A stretch of 56,487 nt of DNA, counting the filler, from Sphacelaria rigidula (taxonomy: Eukaryota): NCBI GenBank assembly GCA_964200075.2. It is 3 parts of 3 records of this genome, joined end to end, with 100 filler letters (N's around TTAATTAATTAA, not from the genome) between each part and the next. Parts side by side here need not be neighbours in the genome. Positions count along the whole stretch, not along the records: positions 1 to 18,766 come from CAXNAA020000796.1; 2 more parts are not named here. One strand, written 5' to 3'. Numbering within the stretch: the first letter of the stretch is position 1; every line of letters starts with the position of its first letter. Below are positions 1 through 11,700 of this stretch, piece after piece. Both the position numbers and the translations under genes were made by a program. The notes beneath the pieces were generated by a model, which saw nothing but the letters and a program-made list of their open reading frames with translations, made no database searches and was not told the DNA's origin.

Positions 1-1987
1 ACATAATTCACTACGAAGATAGCATTTTATTGGCGCTAGATTCCGCCGATTCCTCACTGGAGGGCCTCTGATTGGTTGAATTTCACATTTCACTACAAAA
101 TTTTATCCCCATGTATGGGCGTTGTGCCGAACAATAAACGAGGGAATCGATCGTCACGACATATATGGTGGAGCAATATAAACAAATTGATCCATTTATA
201 TACTGGAAAGTGTGAAGGAGTGAGCTTGATGGGCACCTTCGTGTTCGGGGGCGCCAATCGAGGGTGATCATCAGATGCCGAAAACGCATCAAGTCTCCCT
301 TCGCGAGCATGTCCGAAGTATATTGGCTGCATAATAGCTATGCGATGCGCGTGCGCAACATATATTATCGCAACAATATGTTACGCTTCGCTTTGACTCA
401 ACATACATTGAACGTTTTGTTCCCGGAGCAAGTGCATGTACAATACATGTTGGCATGTTATTACTTCACGATCATGACACGAGAAATACGTCTACAACAC
501 AAAATATATATAATATTTTGTCTGGACGATACCTACGCTGCTTGCAATATAAATATAACTTATTGCTGTCGTATTGGAATATATTATTATATTGTTTCCC
601 TGGTCCAAAGAATACTGTTCAACCATCAAACCATCAATTCGATCCCAACAGAATAATTAATTAATTAAATAATTAATATAATATTTGAAGTATATTATTA
701 TTTTTGTACTGTCCACGATGTAAGCAACGCAGCACCGGTGATACATTGTCGCACACACTACCCCAATATGTATACTGACGGGGCAATACGTTATCACCCA
801 TGCAGCCCCAACATACATTGACCGGTGAATATGTTGTCACCCACACGGTCCCAATATATCTTGATGGGACGATATGTGTGCAATCCCATGATACCAGTAT
901 ATATTGCGCCCGCAATTTATCACCATATTTCAATATGATCGACTGGTATTGGAACACGTTGTGTTGTCCAGGGTGTGAAGGTTTTGTAAGCATGGTACGC
1001 TGTACAAACACGCAAAGCATACGCGACAATGTGGTGTTACTCGTGCTCAAGTTTCTCGCATGATCGGATATTTACACAAGATCGAATTTTGCTTTGCGCA
1101 TTTTCGGAACTTACGTACTCGATATGCTATTGCCACGGACACCCTACACGAAACAAAGTCGTTCGATTTTACGTGTAATCGGCTGTTCTTCACTGGTCTT
1201 GAATTTCACGCGTGTTCATGTTCCGAGACAGGTTCACAGATGATGAAACACGTACCCGGTTCAGACTGGTCGTATGAGATTGTCGCCTCTGCTGTTTGGA
1301 TCAACAGATGGTTATGCAAGAACTTGCCCTCCACGAGGTGAGCCTTGATGGCACCGATCCGAAGGGTATGGGTCCGTACACGAAAAATTACAAAGATTTG
1401 AAGATAAATAAATCTGTTCTCTGGTCGAATGAGTATCCGTGCGAGCACAATGTACACAAGTGGTGAGAGGTCCTAGCATGTATGGGTAGGTCAAGACGCC
1501 ACAAGTTGACACCTACAGCGAGTTGCGTCGATTGGATGGGTTCTACCAACAGCTGTGTACGGGGAGAAACAGTTGCATCGGACCGGGGTATAATTTTTTA
1601 TATCAAAGGCGGCGCAAGGCACTAACGGGGACTACCACCCACTTTTGATGATCTACATCGCCGTTCCTTGCGGTGTCGTGTGCTCATGCTGCAGAATCAC
1701 CAAATTTCCATGATGACGTAACTTCCTAGCTGAAATGACTTGCACCCACAATGTCAGTCCCACAGAGGGCACTACTCCAGGGCAAAAATAACTATAAAGG
1801 GTCAGCTGTAGACTCTTCATGCTGGTTGCGCTAAAATTCATCGAAACCACCGGGCATACCTATAGCCGCCGTGAGGCGAACGAAGATAAATTGGAATTTT
1901 AGAGTCGGTATAGGGCGTCGGCGAGACGGGCAGGAAACAATAATGGTCAGCGAGAGAAGAACGAACCGCCGAAGTCGGTATATACGC

Positions 1988-2210
1988 GTGTGTGTTGTCG
2001 TCCCATTTTTTCTGGATGCCGGTCTACACCTTTCGGTATATGTGGGCGCACCAGCTAGGGTCACACAGGAGGAGGGCCAACACAGGAGTTTTTTTCTTCT
2101 GCGGTGCTTCCCTTTTTTGTTTTTTCGAGAGAATAGTTCAGGAGTCCCGTTCCCTCGTCGACCATCAAGTCGAACTTTGTCTACCCACGACATAGTCATT
2201 GTCCACTGTT
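1988..2210 (-). mobile_element. tRNA-derived SINE, 3' part (body and tail) of a copy interrupted by an insertion
   Basis: Matches the family core CTACACCTTTCGGTATATGTGGGCGCA..CAGC..GGGTCACACAGGAGGA..CCCTCGTCGAC..TACCCACGACATAGTC shared with 46633-46994 and 34003-34367. Confidence 0.8.
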
Positions 2211-3017
2211 ATGCGCGTGAATGGGGCCCAATTTTGGGCACTATATACCGGGAAAATGGACCGACCAACTACACAGTCAGTTGAATGCAGAAGAAATGAA
2301 ACCTAAATGAGCCTATCAGTATCAATCACAAGTACACGCGTCACTCGAAATGACGACGGCGCTCATACGAAATGTACTATTGCTATAGTACATTCTACAA
2401 CAAACCTGTGACTGACGTTGCTGTACACCTGTATACACGATTACAACAACAGGAGAATAGAAGCTGCTGCTCGTGTTGTTGTCTCCCTCTTGTTGCAATA
2501 TGGTGTTGTGCTTATCTTCCAACGCAAATTTCTCAGCAACGAAGCAGAGGATTGGACTGCATGCGCTTCCTACACACGAGAACTGTTCAGTGTGGCAGCA
2601 GGTTCCGGTAACGCGTGCCGCGGAGGCCGCAGCAATTTGCAAACCGTTGCACCAAACACGAAATGTACTAAAATACGCGTTTTGTCCAACGTTCCGGGGG
2701 GGCTTTCGGATCCGCGATGGCGAATTGAGCAACCCCGCCGCCACACTGAATAGGTCTAGTGTGTGTGTGCGGGGGGCTGTGAAGTGCCGCAGGCCGGTTT
2801 GATTCCTGTCTCGAGAGATGCGATGAAAAATTACAGCTGTCGCGTGCTTCACCTAAGTAGCTTGGGATGGAGTGAGTGTTATCTTCGGCAGAGGTTTGGC
2901 ATAGATCCCACCAGTGTATGACATCTTCAACGCGTCTTTAGTACCCCTCCGCGTTCATTTTAATTCTTGATGACAACCGAGTTTTGGTCGTTAATAAGGC
3001 CTTCGTTCACGGGTTTA

Positions 3018-3125
3018 ACTGTTGGGCATGGTGAGAAAAATTCCCAGATCGCTGCTAGATTCGAACCCACGACCCAACCGTCAGAAGGTCTCGAGATTAC
3101 CAACTGAGTCACCCGGGCAACCGGC
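3018..3125 (-). mobile_element. tRNA-derived SINE, 5' head (continuation of 1988-2210)
   Basis: Reverse complement reads CCGGTTGCCCGGGTGACTCAGTTGGTAA...GTCGTGGGTTCGAATC, containing Pol III A and B boxes. Confidence 0.8.
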
Positions 3126-4450
3126 TCACACACGTTTTGAAAAGCTGTTAGCAAAGCAAGTAGGATGCTCTCGATACCCTCGACAAACAACGATGTGCAT
3201 TGGAAGGGGGCGGGGTTCAGAAAAGGGGAGCAGCGCTCGTTCGTTACTGGCTGGCAGTGCTGCTGTAGCAGCAGTAGTAGCACCCCAACGCGGTTGCTCT
3301 ATGAACTCGGTTGCCGCGAAGCAGTCAACACACACGTCGCCCGCACCGCGCAAACGGCGCACCTTAGCGGCCAACGCGTAGACAGCGTGATCGTTGTCTA
3401 CGGACCACAACACACGAAGTGCTCAAGGACACGAATACGTACCGTAAAAAACATACTATACCGCTTAACCCCCCTGATGGTGCATGACTCTTCGTGAATA
3501 CAATAGTTGACTACATGAAAAAAGCCTGCACCATTCCATTGGTGATTGCGCCAGAAGGTCGATCACAGTATTTGACATATTGGAAGATGACCATTACGAT
3601 GTAAATCAAATCGAAAGGACTAGCTTTGGTCTCAAACGCACAGTCTTACGCAAAAAAAGCAAGTCAACTGCCAAGATTCCCGCATACAAAAATCATACGC
3701 ACCTCATGGATCTTTCGACGGTCCAACAGCATGTAGAACTGTATTTTCAGTACAAATCAAGGTCTATTTTGAGCAAAATACGCGTTTTGGGCAATGCCAT
3801 CGATACGCCCTCAAAACGCAGTCCCCTCGGCCCAGACTGCGTGAGACGGTAGTGGATGCATATGTTGACACGCAGATACGCTCACTTCCTGCTGGGTTGC
3901 TCCTGCCTCGGCGAACGAACACATCGATCCGTATTGCGCACACTCTGGATGATGTCATTCTACGCGGTACCTATCTTGGTATCGCCTGTAGAGGTGCTCA
4001 ATTCAGGAGACACGGCCGTGCAAGCGCTGTTCGTGCTCTCACGTGCTGAAACTTCGACCACATGTCATGTAGGCTACAGACAACAACCCTATCTTGCTGA
4101 ATCTGGGGTTGCGCGGTGTGTGCGTGCGTATTGGGGCGAAAAGATGTCGGATTCTGTTACGATTTCTTTTTTTTTTTTTCTTTTGGCGTAAGATTGCGCA
4201 ATTGTTTGTTTCGCACGGGAGGAAGACGTCACCGGCCGCATCTAACCACTGCGTTGCGCTATTCTTGCTCTCGCCACCGCGTGGATATCTTCAAAGTTAC
4301 CGGTCCTTGTCGTACGTCTTGATATAATTATCTTGCAACATTCTTGTCTCTTGGGAAATCAGCCTGTACTGTCCATACCACTTGGCCACGAAAGGGGGCA
4401 TACTCCCATGGTGCGGTACCACACAATTCTACACAGACAAAGCGACTCAC

Positions 4451-5198
4451 CTCATCATCGGCTGAACAAACAAAGCCGTAAGATCCATCTCCGATGGGCT
4501 TGAGGTTCTTGTATCTGTGTGAAGGAGGGAGTGGCAAGCATCGTCCCGGCAGTTACAAATAAGTTGTTTTACTGTTTGACTTCACGGTCGACGAGGGAAG
4601 GGTACCGCTGAACCCCTCTCGCGACAAAGAATAAGGCAAGCACCCCACAAGAAAGGTGGAGAACTAGAACAAAAGACTGAAGAAAAAAACCTCCTGGGTT
4701 GACCTTCCTGTGTGACCCTGGCGGATTTGCCCACATATACCGAAAGGTGTAGATTGGCATCCAGAATAGATGGAATGAGGCCACACAACACATACACTCT
4801 GTAAACTAAACTAGTACTGAACCACCCGACTTGAGTGGGCACTCCGGTATGTCATACACAATACAACCCAGACAATATAGATGTATCTGCGCCGTATATG
4901 CTTGAAAATCTGAGAGAGGGAAAAATCCCTTGAAAACGTAGCAATGAGGTGGGCCGTTGGATACCTTGCCGGGGTACGATTAGCGGAGCCGCGTTTGTAT
5001 AGAGGCACACTTCAACTCGGCGGTGCTGCTGTGCGTACCTCTCGGAGGTGATTCCATGAAACTTCCAACTTCCGCGGTGTGCTCCAGTCTCTAACAAAAT
5101 ATTCTCACACTTTACGAACGGTCCTCTTTCACACACCTTACGTCAATATCAAAGCTCTCGCGTCCCACAGCAATTTTATGGTACGTCCTCCCGCTCAT
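4451..5198 (-). CDS. Mitogen-activated protein kinase (MAPK/CMGC family), first two coding exons; rest of gene not located (probably continues toward or beyond the window start)
   Basis: Exon 1 is 5198-5137 (ATG...GTA AG|GTGTGT) and exon 2 is 4514-4451 (ACAG|A TAC...GAT GAG|GTGAGT). They join in phase 2 to give MSGRTYHKIAVGRESFDIDVRYKNLKPIGDGSYGFVCSADDE, a typical MAPK N-terminus (F-x-I/V-D-x-RY, G-loop IGxGSYGxVCSA). Confidence 0.85.
4578..4797 (+). mobile_element. tRNA-derived SINE, 5'-truncated copy in MAPK intron 1
   Basis: GTCGACGAGGGAAGGG...CCTGTGTGACCCTGGC...ATACCGAAAGGTGTAGA..GGCATCCAGAATAGATGG followed by a CA-rich tail. Confidence 0.8.
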
Positions 5199-5731
5199 CG
5201 TCAATCTGAATTAACGCTCGCGGGAAGTCCTCCGATGATGATTTCTATCTCGCTGGTGGTGTCATTTTCCATTTGAGTCTCCCGAGTCGCCGTTACGGAT
5301 TCCTTGTTTCAATCTTGCCCTTATTTCACGAGTTCTTTCATGACGATTTTGAGTGTAATGTCGTATCACGTAAGCGTATCACATAAAATATATTTTAGAT
5401 TTTTTTTTATCCTCAATTTTAGGGTATAATTTTGTATATTGGCTGGCTTTTCATTTTTGCTTCTTGTGTTCTTTGGGGGTTTTCAGTCGCGGGCCTGAGC
5501 TAAACCCCTATCCTAACCGAACTTTCTTCCACCGCCAAGATACAAAGGAAAATACCATCTTCTGAATCCTGAATCTAGACTATAACCATAATCTTTTATT
5601 GGTAGCAAAATATGTTATCATGTTCCAATATTGGATGGTACTCAAAATACAGTACAGTAATATTTGCGATATACTAGCAGAGGCGCCTCGAGTGATACGA
5701 GGCACATGCACTCAAAGCCGTCCTAGCTGCG
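5199..5731. promoter_or_regulatory. Putative bidirectional promoter between divergent MAPK and Nup50-like genes
   Basis: 533-bp spacer, AT-rich in its centre, between the ATG at 5198 (minus) and the ATG at 5732 (plus). Confidence 0.55.
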
Positions 5732-8700
5732 ATGCCGAAAAGAGGACACGATGAAGATGGGGATACCGACCCTCCTGACGTTATCAAAGGGCGACGCAAA
5801 GCAAAACTGAATCCCAAGTTCAAGTGAGTTCATTGGCTTGCAAGCAATAATACTGCAGTTAGATGCAAGTTTGTTCAGCCTGGCCTTCTTTTCACCCGTA
5901 TGTCGTGTCAATTGTCTCTCGTCCGTTGTGCACTGGCATTCAAAATCGCTCTGGCGAAGGAGAACCGTGTAACCCCGCACAAATCCACGAAGCTTCAAGT
6001 GATTTCGTTCGACGTTCGTCTCGGCAGGAAGACCGGGCCTTCAATTGAGGAAAGCTCTTATGTGCGTCCTGCTTTTGCCGGATTCACCGCGGCGGCGCCG
6101 GCTCCATCAAAAGGTTTCACGTTTGGAGCAAAAACTCCGGGGGCACCGATTGGCGGCACGTCCGGTGTGCCTGCTGGTTTCACTTTTGGCGCCTCTGTGG
6201 CTGTATCCAAACCAGCGGAACCGTCGGGAGCTAGTGGTGGTACATCCGATGTGCCTGCTTTCTCTTTTGGCACCTCTGCGGCTGTATCCAAACCAGCGGA
6301 ACCGTCAGGAGCTAGTGGCAGCAGGCCTGGCGTACCTGCTTTCTCTTTTGGCGCCCCTGCGGCTGTATCCAAACCAGCGGAACCGTCAGGAGCTCGTAGC
6401 GGTACATCTGCCGTGCCTTCTTTTTCCTTTGGCGCCCCTGCGGCAGTATCCAAACCAGCGGAACCATCAGGAGCCACTGGCAGTACGTCCGGCGTACCTG
6501 CTTTCAGTTTTGGCGCCCCTGCGGCTGTATCCAAACCAGCGAAACCGTCAGGAGCTAGTAGTACAAGTAGAGGCTTCGGCGGTTTTTCCTCGATCGATGC
6601 ATCCGCTCGGTCAATGAGCAATGCAACCCCCGCTCCTCCTGGCATCTCGCCGCAAGGAGCCTTCGATGGATTGACGTCGGCAAGTGCAACGAACGCACAG
6701 CCTGGCTCTCGGGGGGATACTGGTGCCACCAGTACGGTAGTGACGTCGACTAGGAAACGTTCGGAGTCCAGAGATAGAGTCTCTGGTTTGACGACCAGGG
6801 TTGCTGTTCGGGCAGCGGAGCCCCCCTTTGGCAAGGGTCTCACGGCGGCTAAGGGCGCTGGGTTGAACAAGTGCTTGTCAATTTGGTTGTCACACGCTCT
6901 TGAAACCAATCCCACAGCCGCGATGGACCCCGGGTTGCTGGATTACATTGCCCATGCAGCCAAACTTAGGTACCGGGTTTACCTTTCCAAAAACCGCAAT
7001 CCACAGGTAGGCACAGCCCTCAAACATACACAGGGACCACCTGATGACGTCGTGCCTGCACCTGCGATTCCTCTCTTGGCGGTCGCTTCAACCACTGCAG
7101 AAACTGCCCCCCCCTCAGCTACTCCGGCTTTCTCCCCATCCCCTGTAGCCACCCCAGCTCCGGCGCCGGCGCCGACGCCGACCCCAGCGCCACGCCCACC
7201 AGTGCCTGCTTTCTCCTTCACCTCGCCGTCGACGCTACCTCCCGCTACGGCACCGACTTCAAAATTTTCCATTACGATGCCCCCTCTACAGCCCGCTAAT
7301 TCCTCGAAGGGCTCGGTGCTTGGTGCTGCCACGGGTGCAGGGTTCACATTCAACTCGGCGGCTATCGGAGGCTCGGGATCGGGAGCTGCAGCGATACCCC
7401 GATTCAAAGGTGATTTGTACTCGCGGTGTTGTGGCTTACAGCTTGGGCACAAATACGAAAGTGAAGTGCTCGTGGATACCGTCGTTGACGGTGTATACCA
7501 CCCCATGGGGTATGAAGCGTTTCGTACCCGAAACTCATCACTCAGGTGGTGCGAAGGAGGGGAGAGGGGATATATGACGGGCCCCGGGTGATCGCATGGC
7601 CACCTGAGTGCTCCACTACCCTCAGTGTTGCTCCGGCAGTTGAGTTTTTGGTTCTATACCCCTTTGAATGCATCCGCATCTCCGTAGATGGTGGCGAATA
7701 TCACGAGAGTTCGGCCTTCACGTGGCACACTTGACCCTCATTGTTTTAGGGCAAACTACAGCACAAAGCATCTCATGTCCGATTGGAAACTTATGGTGAT
7801 ATATTCCGTATGTGAGGAGCAGAGTACACTCAATACTGTGGAGACGAATGGGTGGGAAAAGGGAAGGCGGGGTGATCGCCGTTTTGTTGTTGCTCCGCCC
7901 CCTCTCCCCGCGTGGACCGGCTCCATGATATTGCGAGAGACTGCTGCTCTCGTAGCGTGTTGCTTCCTATATCCCACAGGTGACAAATGATATTAGGGAC
8001 ATCAGCAATTTGGTGCAAAAGGTTTGACGAATTTATTTCAACCTCGTCAACCCGACACCGGTTGAAGTCCGATAACGGGTCGAAAACATTCGCTCGAAAT
8101 CCCGGTTCACTTGACTTTATCACGATCTTCCCCTAGGCAATTATATTCTGGATACCGCTGTGCTGACATTCTATGCGGGTATCTCCCGCTCCCGCTCTAC
8201 GTAGCCTAAATCCTTGAATAATATATGAACGCGATGTGCAGATGACGAACAAAATCGTTGCAGATGGTTTGACGGGATTTCATTTGTGCCGCAAAACGAA
8301 AAGGCGGCAAAAGTTGACTGTGTACGGTGCCTCTAGAGTGCGGATGATAGGGGTTGGTCTTTTGTTCAGCTTGGTACCGCTCGGCACGACGGTGTTTTGT
8401 TCCCCGACCCCGAAAGCTCGTTATGCACGGTACGGGATCGGGCGAATGTGTGTACATACGCGGTAAAATCGGATTATTGCGGTCGTGGCAGCAGTCGGAA
8501 ATCTGGGTACCCCACGGCGGAAATTTCGATTGCCGGCAGTCCCTACGACAAATGCGCTACACGGTACCACTCAAGCTGGTCCCGCTACTTGAGAGAAATA
8601 GTGTCCCTGGCGACTGTGCACTCGTGGTCTGAGAGTTGAACCTTTGAATGTTGAGGAGAGGAGCGCACCATTCGACGGGCAGGACTATTGGTGCTTTTGT

Positions 8701-11700
8701 CACTTCTTTAGTTCGATAGATTCGCGTGAATTTCCAGATTTAGCTCTGCTTTATTTTCCGAAACGAAAGGGGGAAAAGTCATGACCATCAGCATGCCCTC
8801 CGATTGGCCGATGTGCTCCTCTCCTTGAAATTCCACTCCCTATCTCTCAAACCCGAGATCGGTTGGTGTTTCAGCCGACCACGTGATTCACGAGCAGAGT
8901 TTTGCCACACCGAGTATCTGTCCAAACCACCCCCACGGCTCTCTCGCACACGACGTGACCGAAAGCCACCCAATCACGACGGTAGTGTACAGAGCATTTC
9001 ATGTTGTAGTCAAATTTCCGTCCGTGATGTCATAGATCGTTTGGAGGCCAGGATTTTCAGGGTGTGCTGCTCTCCTACTTCCTTCCCCTCCCTTTGGATT
9101 TTCCTCACCCATTTCTACCCCTACCGCTACGACTTGCCTACAATCAGCCTCTGTCTCGTCCCTCTGGATTATTCAGAAGGAAAACCCGCGCCTCTTTTCG
9201 TACTTGGATGGCGATCCGCCACGTGCACTTTAGTGCCAAATGGCCACGTTTCGTCTAGACCGCGCCAAGGTATCGTGTCCGTGTGCCCTGCTTTCCTGGT
9301 AGATCACGCCGAGCGTTTGTTTCTCCATCATCGCAGGTGCATTTCGCGAGCATCGGGTCTCCTTGTGTGTTCTTTTCCAACCTAAATGCACAAAGTTTCT
9401 CGGCTAGCTACCACAGTCGTCAGCGGTAGGAGTGATACTCTGTGGTTGAAAGCATTGCATCAGGTTCATCTGCTACAACGACTTTTCACAGGGAATGCTT
9501 GATTTCGGTACTAATCCCGAAACGAAAACTTTTTCAAGAATCATTTTTGAACGACTCACGGGCTAACCGGTCTTCGGAAGTCCTACGAATACACAGCCCC
9601 GGGGTTTGAGTCTTGATATTTTCGCTTGATCGAGCTCATGGTGATCGTTTTGGCGAACAACTCATACCCGAACTTGTTTATGATCATTACTAGCTGCTGG
9701 TCGCGCTACAGCCGAAGAACACTTGTCCCCTCCCCCCCCCAAACATAATTGGTAACACCCCAATCACGACGAAAGTTCTCTCTGTATTGCCCCGACTGTA
9801 GAACAAAATTGGGGATCGTTTTTTTCTCCGAAGTCGCCAACTCGATGACGAAATGAGCTTTGCATATTCTCTGTGCCCAAATCCTGAGGCAAACGCTATT
9901 CCAAGTCTCAACCGAAGCCAGACCGAGAACTCTCGGACAAGGGGGGGTGCCTACGCACAGTAGACGAGGTGTGCGTTTGCAGTTTTCAAATCGGCGCCGC
10001 AGGCGCCCGTCTGAGTCGCTGAGCACGCTGGGCGAGCCCTTGGGACTCCAAGTCTATTTAAGGTCCTCATGTGGTCTGTCTGCGCTAGAAATACGTTTTT
10101 TTTCCAACAGTAAGTGTAAGGCGCCGAGTTGACGAGAACTGTACTGAAAATATCTGTTTCTGGCGCCAATATCTGTCGGTAGTCGTCCAGCGATATGGGC
10201 GGGGGGGTTAGGGGGGACAGTTACGGCCTCTCGCTTGGGCACCAGGATTCCTTCGAAACAAGTATCGTCGGCTTAACTTTTAACCCTGATAACCCTAACC
10301 CTATATTTCAGTAGTAGCTCCGCTCTGTTCGTGACCACTACCCGTCATGACAAAATACCGTGTATGCCGTGGTCGTCAAACCCTGATTTATTTGTTGCTG
10401 TTGCCGACAATACTTCTCCTTCGTTTCTACCAACTCTCCGCGTTGGGTCCATCTCAGTGAGTCTGGCGCCCATCGGCTTAAACGTCCCCACGGGGCTGAG
10501 AAAGACACTCCCCCTACCCCTGTGTATGTCTACGTCTACTACTCTTTCCGCAGTCCTCGACTGAACAGTCAAAACTACGGAGATTCCCAGGGCGTGGGGA
10601 ATCCCAAGTTTTGTCGTGAAGGTTTTTCCTAATTTTGTTTCCAGCCCTGACTTTCGAACGGCGACGAGTTAGCGACCGAAACAGGTATTGTTACCCTCAC
10701 CCTTGAGTCAGCTACACGTGCACGAATTTTCAGCACAATGAGGCAAGAATTCGGGTTTCTTGTTTGTAAGAGAACGCCTTCAACGGGTGCCACCCCAGGC
10801 CCTGTTTGGTGTCTGGGATAGCCTGACATGATGAAAGTGCCTGGATATCCCATTAGAGGGCGCGGCCCACTCAAGGTTGGCGGTACGGTTTCAGGGAACC
10901 TACACGTATCACTTTTTGCTCTTGTACGTCCCATTTGCGCAGTAGACGCTTCTTCGGATCAAGAAGTGGAAGCAGCTTGTCCGAGCTGGTCCGCCCTTGT
11001 CATCCGAAGTACATTCATCAACGAATTCCTTTCGCATTTCCAATCCAATATTCGCATACATCGTATTTTTCAAGGCCATAACGGTGACGCTACAGCCACT
11101 TCTTTCGTGTTGCAAAAAACTTCTTGAAAACTGCCCCAGATATCATTGCATATGCACAGGGAAGAATACTACGATTTGAAACGCTATCACAAAAAGTAGG
11201 CACGAGACGAGAACTTCGCGCGACTGGGCCGCTATGCGACCTTCGCCCATGTGCAGAGCATTAATCATATTTTGGGTTGTGATGATGGTGGGAAGAACAC
11301 GCGAAACTTGCAGCGGTCGGAGTGTACTACTAGTCAATGTCGACCATATTCGTCGATCAAAATCGGAATACACCCATCAACATCAATCTATTGCGCCGCA
11401 TTTTGTCTGCCGTTGCCATTGCTGTACTTTTTTTCGTGTTATTTCTCATCCTTTTTTGTTTTCATATGGGATTATGATGATGGTTCTGCACGAGGATTGT
11501 ATATTTTTGTTGTAAGTTGTAGGAATCGACAAGAAACGGGGAAACCGATGAATTCAAACCCGCGGTCGAGAGGGTACCATTTTGGTCATTCTCCGCAACT
11601 AAGTATTCTGGGGCACAGCACAGGTGTGCCATCTTCATCGCGTCAGCCCTCCCTCCAGCCGCGCTTTACAGAAATCTGAGCATATCATGGCAAAGGCTGG

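Noticed and set aside
3018-3125. Functional tRNA genes here and at 34003, 46920 and 56437
   Set aside because: No proper acceptor stem, and each is attached to the same repeat body or matches its head, so these are SINE heads.
1-4450. Further MAPK exons (VAIKK, HENI, HRD, TxY)
   Set aside because: No convincing match found. KLRHHGNLVIL (about 1700) and FYMLLDRRKIHE (about 3720) lack proper context.
5039-5090. Alternative MAPK exon (TGAHRGSWKFHGITSER|gtacgc) that could splice to exon 2 in phase
   Set aside because: The 5198-5137 exon has an ATG and the proper MAPK motif; including this segment as a cassette (50 or 52 nt) would shift the frame.
5900-7591. 563-aa ORF taken as a single-exon gene
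   Set aside because: Both ends are intronic read-through; the real exon is 6028-7409. Overlapping ORFs 6045-6617, 6058-6915 and 6979-7506 are shadows of GC-rich repetitive coding sequence.
10280-10303. Telomere (TAACCC runs; also 12213-12236 and 43250-43268)
   Set aside because: Only 2-3 imperfect units, interstitial; not chromosome ends.
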